Assembly: GCA_964487335.1 (NCBI GenBank)
Contig: CAZAPT010000003.1
Coordinates: 75,509-139,508 of the forward strand
Direction of reading: 5' to 3'
DNA: 64,000 nucleotides
From: an uncultured Dehalococcoidia bacterium
GTDB taxonomy: Bacteria; Chloroflexota; Dehalococcoidia; DSTF01; JACRBR01
Within the stretch, counting starts at the first letter, position 1. Each line of letters starts with the position of its first letter. The notes under the pieces are model-generated. The model saw nothing but the letters and a program-made list of their open reading frames with translations. It searched no databases and was not told where the DNA came from. Positions 57,544 to 64,000 of this stretch are shown in pieces. Made by a program: the position numbers and the translations under genes.

Positions 57544-60500
57544 TTAGTCGCCCAGCAACCCGCGCTTCGCACCCCACGCCGCGATCTGGGCACGAGAAGT
57601 GAATCCGAGCTTGGTGAGGATGTTTCCGACGTGCGTTTCGACGGTCCGCTCGCTGAGCACGAGCTCCTCGGCGATCTGCCGGTTACCGTGGCCCCGCGTC
57701 ACCAGCGCTGCGACCTCACGCTCGCGTTCCGTCAGGCCCTCCCACTCCCGCTTCGCCGCCCGCCGCGCCGTGGGCGCGCGAACCTGCAACAGTGCATCGC
57801 CCGCATCGAGGAACCGCTGGCGAGCCTCAGCGTCGAGCCCTTCGGCGAGCTCTAGCGCCGCCGCGCGCGCCTCGTCGCTCTTGGCCTCGGATTCGGCGCG
57901 GCGATCTGCCGCAGCATAGGCGCGTGAAAGCGCGCACTGCGTTCGCCAGAGCCACGGCGACGTCCCGTGAACGGCAGCGGATGCTTCGGCCTGCTTCAGC
58001 AGATCGCAAGCCGAAGCGTGATCGCCGATCGCGGAGAATGCGTGAGCCCGGGTGACCAGTAGCGCCGAAGGCAAGCGCGAAGGCAGTGGGTCGATGATCG
58101 TGCTCAGAAGCCGAGCGGTCAGCGCCAGCGCGTCGTCAGCGCGCTTCTCAGCCACCAGCAGCTCGGCCATCGCCCACGCAACGCGTCGTTCAGGCAGCGT
58201 CTGCCGCGAGCAGGATTCCAGCGAACAATCGCCAAGTATCTCGCGCGCCGCTACGGTATCTCCGCGCTGGAGGTACGCGAGTGCGAGATACGCGCTCACG
58301 TTGCCGATCCACCACGCGGACTTCAGGGATCGCACCAGGGGAAGCGCTGCCTCGAGATGTCGGATCGCGTCATCCGTCTGCAGCATCAGCCAGTGCAGCT
58401 GCCCGAGCGAGAAGTGCCCTCCAGTGATCCACTGCTCATGCTGGATCTCCGTCGCGATGCGCAGCCCCTTCTCGATGAGCGCCATCCCCTCCGCGACCGC
58501 TCCGAACGACCCGACCGCACCGCCCAGCGTCCAGTACGCGAACGCGCTTCCCACGGATGAGCCGCTGCGCTCGGCGAGCCTGAGCGCGGCTTCACCGTCG
58601 CTACGCACGCCATCGAGCGTGCGCGTGCTGGCGCAGACCGTCTCGGCCATGCTGGGACTGCCGTATGTCGTCCGGCCGGAGAGGGCCGACATCAACCGTT
58701 GCTCGTCCCCGAGTTCCAACAGCAATTCGATCGCCTCGCCGTAGTGGTCTACACAGCGCGGAAGATCGCCATGCATGCCGTACGCCATCGCGAGTAGATC
58801 GAGCGTCTCGGCAATACCGTGTCGATCGTCCGCGCTACTGAACATGTCCAGTGCGGCTCGATGCTGCTCGATTCCCTCTGACGTCCGCCCAACGTTGATC
58901 AGCCAGTTCCCTAGCCGGTTCTGGCTCCGGCCGAGGACCGCGGTCTCCTGACCGGCTCGGGCGAGGTCGAGCGCGCCCTGGTAGAACTCACCGGCGCGGT
59001 CGTAATCGCGCACCGACCAAAGCGCTCCGAGGTCAATGAGCGCCTGCCACTCGCCCGCCTGATCGCCCGACCCGCGTGACAGTCGCAGCGCGGCTTCGTG
59101 ATCGTCTCGCGCCCCGTCGAAGTTGCCGAGGGCGTCGTGTGCCCGTCCTCGCGCGCTGTATATCCACGCCGAAGTTCCGACCCCCGTATGGCTGGCTGCT
59201 TCGAGCGCGCGAGTGAAGTGCGCCATCGCCGCAGCGGGAGAGAACAGCTCCTGCGCCTGTTCGCCGGCGCGGCACGCGTACTCGAACGCCCGATCCCACG
59301 TGTTGGCCTCGTATGTGTGCATCGCCAGCTCGCCCAGCCGCGACTCGCCGGATGCGTGACCGACCGATTCCAGCGCGGCCGCGATCTCCGCGTGCACGGC
59401 GCGCCGTTGGCTTCGCAGTAACGAGGAGTACACCGCCTGCTGCGTTAGCGCGTGCCGGAATGCGAAGCGGTCCACCGCCTCCTCGACGACGAGCTGCGCG
59501 TCGACCAGCTCTTTCACGAGATGCAGAAGATCGTGCTCGTCCTCGTCGCTGAGTCGGGCCAGCAACGGCAGGTCGAAGCGTCGCCCCGCGACCGACGCTC
59601 GGATCAGGACGCGCTGCGCCCCGGGGCTCAGCTGTGCCGTGCGACGCCGAACCGCCTCCTGCACGCTCCTCGGTATCTGATGCTCGGCGAGCGTTCCCGG
59701 CAACGCGGCGCCGTTGTGCTGGGGAAGATCGTTCGATGTGGCGAGCGACTTCAGCACTTCCTCGATGAAGAACGGATTGCCGTCCGTGAGCTCGTACAGG
59801 ACCTGCACGAAGTCGTCCCGGAGTAGTTGTTCGCCGTCGAGCATCGCCCGGACCATCAACCTCACGTCGGATCGTGAGAGCGGTCGAAGCGTGAAGTCAC
59901 GCGCTAGCCGCCTTCGTTCCAGCTCCGCGAGAAAGCTCGCGAGTTGCCCGCTGGCTTCGTCGACGCGGTACGTCAGTAACAACGCGAGCGGAAGTTCTTC
60001 GGCGCGCCGCGCGAGCTGCAGCAGGAACTCGATGCTCGCATCGTCGCTCCAGTGCAAATCCTCGAAGACCACCAGCAACGGGCCGTCGCTGCATAGCCGC
60101 ACGATAGGCTGCAACAGCGCTTGCAGGAGTCGGCGCTTCTCTTGCTCTGGCTCGTTCGTGGTGACGTCGTCGATCGTGCCGAGAGGGGCGCCAAGCTCTG
60201 GCACGAGCTTGACGATGTCCGATGACTCGCGACCGATGACGATCTTGAGTTCGTCATCGGGTAGGCTCAGCGCGAACGTGCGCCACAGGTCGGCCACCGG
60301 CGCGAACGGCACTGCCGCATCCCCCTCGAAGCACCCTGCAGTGAGGATCTTCACGCCCGCATGGATCTCACGCGCGCGGGCGACAAGCTCCCGAACCAGC
60401 CTCGACTTCCCGACGCCTGCCTCACCGGCGACCGTGATCGTCCGCCCCCGACCTTCGATGACCTCGGCAAACGCCGCCGCGAAGTCGGTCAGATATCTGT

Positions 60501-60552
60501 CGCGCCCGATCAGGATGGGACAGGTAATCGTGGCCTCAGACATGGTCTCCAT
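57544..60552 (-). CDS. large ATP-binding LuxR-family regulator (LAL/MalT-like: AAA+ domain, TPR-like region, C-terminal LuxR helix-turn-helix)
   Basis: Walker A motif VAGEAGVGKS near the N-terminus. C-terminal LTEREREVAALVTRGHGNRQIAEELVLSERTVETHVGNILTKLG. ATG at 60552/60543 chosen because the upstream part of the ORF is Arg-rich noncoding-like. Confidence 0.8.
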   Translation of the reverse strand: METMSEATITCPILIGRDRYLTDFAAAFAEVIEGRGRTITVAGEAGVGKSRLVRELVARAREIHAGVKILTAGCFEGDAAVPFAPVADLWRTFALSLPDDELKIVIGRESSDIVKLVPELGAPLGTIDDVTTNEPEQEKRRLLQALLQPIVRLCSDGPLLVVFEDLHWSDDASIEFLLQLARRAEELPLALLLTYRVDEASGQLASFLAELERRRLARDFTLRPLSRSDVRLMVRAMLDGEQLLRDDFVQVLYELTDGNPFFIEEVLKSLATSNDLPQHNGAALPGTLAEHQIPRSVQEAVRRRTAQLSPGAQRVLIRASVAGRRFDLPLLARLSDEDEHDLLHLVKELVDAQLVVEEAVDRFAFRHALTQQAVYSSLLRSQRRAVHAEIAAALESVGHASGESRLGELAMHTYEANTWDRAFEYACRAGEQAQELFSPAAAMAHFTRALEAASHTGVGTSAWIYSARGRAHDALGNFDGARDDHEAALRLSRGSGDQAGEWQALIDLGALWSVRDYDRAGEFYQGALDLARAGQETAVLGRSQNRLGNWLINVGRTSEGIEQHRAALDMFSSADDRHGIAETLDLLAMAYGMHGDLPRCVDHYGEAIELLLELGDEQRLMSALSGRTTYGSPSMAETVCASTRTLDGVRSDGEAALRLAERSGSSVGSAFAYWTLGGAVGSFGAVAEGMALIEKGLRIATEIQHEQWITGGHFSLGQLHWLMLQTDDAIRHLEAALPLVRSLKSAWWIGNVSAYLALAYLQRGDTVAAREILGDCSLESCSRQTLPERRVAWAMAELLVAEKRADDALALTARLLSTIIDPLPSRLPSALLVTRAHAFSAIGDHASACDLLKQAEASAAVHGTSPWLWRTQCALSRAYAAADRRAESEAKSDEARAAALELAEGLDAEARQRFLDAGDALLQVRAPTARRAAKREWEGLTEREREVAALVTRGHGNRQIAEELVLSERTVETHVGNILTKLGFTSRAQIAAWGAKRGLLGD

Positions 60553-60753
60553 CGTTGGACAGTCGGCGACGTTGGCTCGGTCGCACACGCGCGAAAAGAG
60601 CATATCACTGCATGCCTGGCGCAACCGGTGGGACCAGCGCCACCCGCGGGTCACGTCGAGAGCAATGTCCGCACGCAAGCGCTGACTCTCGCCGACCAGC
60701 GGGAATCCGGTTCCCCACAAGGCATCAGCCCAGTGACGATCAGTACTCGGCCG

Positions 60754-60864
60754 GTGATTACCGACGTCGCGCCCTCCTTCGTAGTGGATGATGTCGCCCG
60801 CACAGCGGCGTGGTACCGCGCCGCGCTTGGTTTGGAGATCGGCCTCCTCGTCAGAGGAAGGTGA
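60754..60864 (+). pseudogene. N-terminal fragment of a VOC/glyoxalase-family gene (truncated remnant)
   Basis: VITDVAPSFVVDDVARTAAWYRAALGLEI resembles a glyoxalase N-terminus, but the ORF stops after ~36 codons. It lies within a 480-bp divergent intergenic region. Confidence 0.25.
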
Positions 60865-61030
60865 TGCACGATCGCCGCTCCCGATAGCACCCTGGTTTCC
60901 ATATAGTAGTCTCCTGTTCTTCGAATTGCGGCGAAGGCGACGTTGTGGCTCCGACCGCGCCGTCAATCGCGCGACGGCTTCAGGTTCAGCGGGGAGTCGC
61001 GTACGTCGTTCGAGTGAACCGGAGGTTCTG

Positions 61031-62023
61031 ATGCCAGTCGACAGTCGAGAAGTGCATCTCGTCGCGCGGCCCGAGGGAATGCCCAAGCCATCGGACTTCG
61101 CCGTAGTCGAGACGACCGTGCCGGACGCAGGCGAAGGCCAGATACTCGTGCAGAACCTCTACAACAGCATCGACCCGGCGACGCGGCCACGGCTCGCGCA
61201 ACAGCCACTCGAGACGCCGCCGTGGGGCTACGCCATCGGACGCGTAGCGCAGTCACGGCATCCCGACTATCGCGAAGGTGACATCGTTCAGGGCCTCGGG
61301 TATCGCGAGGCCTACGTCTCGGACGGCCGCGGCATCGCTAAGGTCGCGACGGATCCATCGTTCCCGCTAACGGTGTACCTTGGCGCGCTTGGGGTGGCGG
61401 GGTTCGTCGCTTACGGCGGGCTGCTGGAGGTCGGCAAACTTCAGCAGAGCGAGCAGGTGTTCGTTTCGACCGCCGCGGGAGCGGTCGGCTCCTTCGCCGT
61501 CCAGATCGCGAAGTTGCGCGGATGTTACGTGATCGGAAGCACGGGCTCGGACGAGAAGTGCCGGTTCCTGACGGACGAGCTGGGCATCGACGCCGCTGTC
61601 AATTACAAATCGCAACCGATCCGCAAGGCGCTAAAGGACGCCGCGCCAAAGGGCATCGACGTTTACTTCGACAATGTCGGCGGCGATCATCTCGATGCCG
61701 CGCTCCCGCGCATGAACTTGCTTGGCCGCGTCGCGGTATGCGGAATGATCTCGGCGTATAACACCGAGGGAGCGATCTCCGCGCCGGTGACGACGCTCTC
61801 AAACATCATCTACAGCCGCGTGACGATCCGTGGCTTCGTGACGGCTGACTTCCCGCACCTGCGCGAGCGGTTCGCGGCGGAGATGGGCGGCTGGCTGAAG
61901 GACGGCACCGTGAAGTACCGCGAGACGATTCTTGAGGGCATCGAGAGCTCGCCCGCCGCGCTGATCGCCATGCTCAGCGGCGAAAACATCGGCAAGACGA
62001 TGGTGCGCGTGCTCTCTCGGTAG
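61031..62023 (+). CDS. NADP-dependent oxidoreductase, MDR superfamily (YncB / prostaglandin-reductase-like)
   Basis: GGAGG upstream of the ATG. Cofactor-binding motif AAGAVGSFAVQIAKLRG and the MDR fold pattern. Confidence 0.8.
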   Translation: MPVDSREVHLVARPEGMPKPSDFAVVETTVPDAGEGQILVQNLYNSIDPATRPRLAQQPLETPPWGYAIGRVAQSRHPDYREGDIVQGLGYREAYVSDGRGIAKVATDPSFPLTVYLGALGVAGFVAYGGLLEVGKLQQSEQVFVSTAAGAVGSFAVQIAKLRGCYVIGSTGSDEKCRFLTDELGIDAAVNYKSQPIRKALKDAAPKGIDVYFDNVGGDHLDAALPRMNLLGRVAVCGMISAYNTEGAISAPVTTLSNIIYSRVTIRGFVTADFPHLRERFAAEMGGWLKDGTVKYRETILEGIESSPAALIAMLSGENIGKTMVRVLSR

Positions 62024-62111
62024 TCGCCCGCTCATCTACGATCAAAGGAGACCTTGGGGACGCGCCAGTCCGAGCGCGGAGGAAACTTCCCGGTAAAGCG
62101 AATCCCCTTGG

Positions 62112-62142
62112 TCCCTGGTTTCGAATCCGGGCGGGCCCGCCA
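62112..62142 (+). other. tRNA 3'-end-like fragment (T-arm-like GGTTTCGAATCC + 7-nt acceptor strand + G + CCA) with no matching 5' half
   Basis: CCTGGTTTCGAATCCGGGCGGGCCCGCCA read directly. No complementary 5' acceptor strand exists upstream. Confidence 0.25.
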
Positions 62143-62146
62143 ATCC

Positions 62147-62632
62147 TCAACGCAGCGTGACGAGCAGGTCGTCGAGCTGGCCGAACGTCTCCTGCGTCGC
62201 GTCTGCCGCGCCCGTGCCGGCGGAGTCGAGCGCTTCCTTCGACGGATAGAGCTCGCTCATGACGACCAGCGTCTGACCGTTCTCCTCCTCGAACGTCACG
62301 GTTGTGACGGAGGCGTTGTCGCCACCTTCTTCATTCGTCCACACGATGCGCGAGGGCGGCGTCACCTCGATGTAGCGGCCAAAGAAGTCCATGCCGTCGC
62401 CGAAGTTCAGGCGGTACTTGCCGCCGGTGCGCACGTCCATCTCGCAGGAACGCAGCGTCATGCCCATGGACTTCGGCACCCACCACCGCTTGAACAGCTC
62501 GGGATTCGACCATGCTTCGAACACGAGTCGCGCCGGCGCGTCGAACGTGCGCGTGACGACGAGCTCGCGATCGGACGTGCGCTCCACCGTCGTGCGCCTC
62601 ATGGCGACCTCACTTGGCTTTCTTGCTTCCAT
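62147..62632 (-). CDS. SRPBCC-family protein (AHSA1/activator-of-Hsp90-ATPase-like)
   Basis: Pattern …FDAPARLVFEAWSNPELFKRWW… is typical of the family. Its ATG directly follows the arsR stop (TGAATG). Confidence 0.7.
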   Translation of the reverse strand: MEARKPSEVAMRRTTVERTSDRELVVTRTFDAPARLVFEAWSNPELFKRWWVPKSMGMTLRSCEMDVRTGGKYRLNFGDGMDFFGRYIEVTPPSRIVWTNEEGGDNASVTTVTFEEENGQTLVVMSELYPSKEALDSAGTGAADATQETFGQLDDLLVTLR

Positions 62633-62998
62633 TCAGCTTCTCCTTCCCTTCAATTCTTCGACGACCTTGTCCAGCTCGTTGAATCGGGCGTCCCAGAGCT
62701 GGTGATATCTGTCGATCCACGCGGCGACATCCTCCAACCGCCGCGCGCCGATCCGGCAGGTTCGAACCCGGCCGACCTTCTCCGTGATCACTAGCCCGGC
62801 CCGCTCGAGGACACCAACGTGCTTCTTCATGCCAGTGAGTGTCATGTCGAACGTCTCGGCCAAGTCCGTGATCGAGGCTTCCGCGCCGCCCAGCTGCTCC
62901 AAGACGCCGCGGCGGGTAACGTCTGCCAGCGCGGAGAACGACGCGTCGAGGCCAGCATTCGTATGCTTATACTGAACCATATGGTTCAGTATAAGCAT
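62633..62998 (-). CDS. ArsR/SmtB-family transcriptional regulator
   Basis: Helix-turn-helix region …LADVTRRGVLEQLGGAEASITDLAETFDMTLTGMKKHVGVLERAGLV…. The start codon sits inside the 36-bp palindrome. Confidence 0.75.
   Translation of the reverse strand: MLILNHMVQYKHTNAGLDASFSALADVTRRGVLEQLGGAEASITDLAETFDMTLTGMKKHVGVLERAGLVITEKVGRVRTCRIGARRLEDVAAWIDRYHQLWDARFNELDKVVEELKGRRS
62963..62998. promoter_or_regulatory. perfect 36-bp palindrome ATGCTTATACTGAACCAT|ATGGTTCAGTATAAGCAT overlapping the arsR start: probable autoregulatory operator
   Basis: Read directly. It encodes MLILNHMVQYKH on both strands. Confidence 0.6.
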
Positions 62999-63097
62999 AG
63001 CTTGCGCGGACACGCAAGAGGAGTAGGCTGGGTCGCCAATCTTTACGCGATAAAAAAACAATCCGGCCCAAATCGGCCGGTCCTAGCTTCAAAACAG

Positions 63098-63142
63098 TGG
63101 CACGGGTGGAGGGACTCGAACCCCCGACCGGCGGTTTTGGAG
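63098..63142 (-). tRNA. tRNA-Trp(CCA) 3' fragment (anticodon loop through CCA end); 5' half absent: probable att-site relic
   Basis: The minus strand reads CTCCAAA-ACCGC-CGGTC-GGGGGTTCGAGTCCCTC-CACCCGT-G-CCA, which is closely parallel to bacterial tRNA-Trp from the anticodon loop onward. The upstream sequence cannot pair as acceptor, D or anticodon stems. Confidence 0.45.
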
Positions 63143-63304
63143 GACGATTGGGTTGGTCCCACGGAGCCCTTCCATGAGCCATAACGTGTCGTCTTGTATC
63201 TGCGCGTTTGCCCTATGTTCTGTTTCATCCTGTTCTGTATCGACTCGTTTCGCGATTCTGGGCAGCAAAATGGCAGCGGAGTGCATCGAGGAACTCCGCT
63301 TTGC

Positions 63305-63997
63305 CTACTCGCCAACGAGCTGCTCGATCTCCTCCCGGGAGAGGATGTAGGCGTCGCCCTCTGAGGCCACCGCACCGAGGTTGACCAGGCACTCGGTGAA
63401 TAATTCCCGTGTCTTGAGCTCCAGGTCTTGGAGCTTCATGTCCGTCATGGCGCCGATGATGTGCTGACCCTTCTTGATGTGGGTCCGCTCGTCCGCCCGG
63501 ATGAAGTCGGCGATGTGCGCCACCAACGCGTCGTCGCGAGCCTTCGCCTCTTCGATCATGCGCCCGATCGTCTTCATGATGGCGACCTCTCCGAAGAGGT
63601 TGATCTGGGCCATCGCGTACTCGGGCTCCATCGGCCCGCGGCACACCGACGAGCTGAGGCGGTTCGGCAACTCGAACGGGTCGTAGCCGCACGCCTCCAG
63701 TGTGCGATGGCCGATCTCAGTGTGCCGCGCCTCGTCCCAGGTGATCCGCGCCAGCATGTACTCCGCATCGAAGTCCCTGAACCGGATGTCCCAGAGGAAC
63801 GTCCCAAACGCTTCGATGGCATCCACCTCGTCACGTTGTGTGCGGATGAAGTACATCCGGAACTGGTCGTAGGTGTTGGGCGTGTGCCGCGCCTCGCCGT
63901 CTGCCTTGTCGTAATCGCCGGTGTGGTCGAAGGTCACAAACCGCGAGTCCCGCATCGGAACAACGCCCCGCTCGTACGGCTTGGCGATCGACCGCAT
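63305..63997 (-). CDS. ferritin-like superfamily protein (DUF455/MiaE-like)
   Basis: ATG-initiated 230-aa ORF containing helical E…H…E…EXXH-like pairs (EARHTEIGHR…DERTHIKKG). Confidence 0.5.
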   Translation of the reverse strand: MRSIAKPYERGVVPMRDSRFVTFDHTGDYDKADGEARHTPNTYDQFRMYFIRTQRDEVDAIEAFGTFLWDIRFRDFDAEYMLARITWDEARHTEIGHRTLEACGYDPFELPNRLSSSVCRGPMEPEYAMAQINLFGEVAIMKTIGRMIEEAKARDDALVAHIADFIRADERTHIKKGQHIIGAMTDMKLQDLELKTRELFTECLVNLGAVASEGDAYILSREEIEQLVGE

Positions 63998-64000
63998 CGG

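Noticed and set aside
62750-62785. T-arm-like GGTTCGAACCCGG inside the arsR coding region
   Set aside because: It lies within a well-supported CDS and has no acceptor or anticodon context, so it is a chance match.
62054-62794. 246-aa plus-strand ORF
   Set aside because: It is antisense to the SRPBCC and ArsR genes, which have good motif support.
63143-63185. Attempt to extend the tRNA-Trp fragment into a complete tRNA
   Set aside because: The upstream sequence (GGCTCATGGAAGGGCTCCGTGGGACCAACCCAATCGTC) cannot pair with the 3' acceptor strand CACCCGT or form the D or anticodon 5' stems. I therefore called only a 3' fragment.
1-64000. CRISPR arrays, transposases, integrases, rRNA
   Set aside because: I found no regularly spaced direct repeats and no recombinase or transposase motifs in any credible ORF. 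I saw no rRNA-like conserved stretches.

Overview
This is a high-GC (about 68%) bacterial chromosomal segment with dense coding on both strands. I found no intact tRNA or rRNA, no CRISPR array, and no transposase or integrase. The six-frame track is full of Arg/Ala/Pro-rich shadow ORFs that overlap better-supported genes. I ignored those and called genes by recognisable motifs, start codons, ribosome-binding sites and gene overlaps.

Content from left to right:
- **Cell-surface locus (1-16 kb).** Two secreted proteins end in the same roughly 100-aa dockerin/EF-hand-like C-terminal module. One is a 1155-aa protein with beta-propeller, TIG, PKD, internal dockerin and cohesin-like domains. A stand-alone 72-aa secreted peptide carries the same C-terminal motif. 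The locus also has a GlyGly-CTERM-like anchored protein, a GT-C membrane glycosyltransferase, secreted alpha/beta hydrolases, a DUF2182-like/DUF899 pair and a PAS-GAF-LuxR regulator.
- **Orphan replication and cofactor genes.** A stand-alone dnaN (beta clamp) has no dnaA, recF or gyrB nearby. Further on, coaE is translationally coupled to an orphan CbbQ/NorQ-type AAA ATPase.
- **Metabolic block.** Several short-chain dehydrogenases (SDRs), a Gfo/Idh/MocA oxidoreductase, a D-aminoacylase, a crotonase and a thiolase, the thiolase preceded by a promoter and operator.
- **Assorted genes.** A 3D-domain cell-wall protein with a sigma70-like promoter and long leader, an Nth-like glycosylase, an SsuABC-type transporter, and an Rv1900c-like hydrolase-adenylyl cyclase fusion.
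- **RecQ region.** An MBL-fold hydrolase is translationally coupled to RecQ. RecQ has a second HRDC domain that is out of frame after a C-run.
- **Central metabolism.** FolC, a frameshifted Zn-dependent alcohol dehydrogenase (ADH), LysC, a GNAT, an acyl-CoA dehydrogenase, and a LigD-type ligase that has no Ku partner.
- **Nine-gene minus-strand cluster (50.5-60.6 kb).** In transcription order: a LuxR/MalT-type (LAL) regulator, a DinB/MST-like protein, small ORFs, an ACAD-fold flavoenzyme, an LmbE-like deacetylase, a group II PLP decarboxylase, an acyl-CoA dehydrogenase and an F420-dependent Ddn-like reductase. I regard this as the best candidate for an undescribed pathway.
- **Right end.** An arsR-SRPBCC pair with a perfect 36-bp palindromic operator, bracketed by two tRNA 3'-end-like fragments. 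One is a clear tRNA-Trp 3' half, which suggests an integration scar or an island boundary at the window edge.

F420-related genes, LmbE/DinB-type enzymes, a mycobacterial-type cyclase fusion and cohesin/dockerin modules together suggest Actinomycetota or Chloroflexota. This lineage guess is an inference only.
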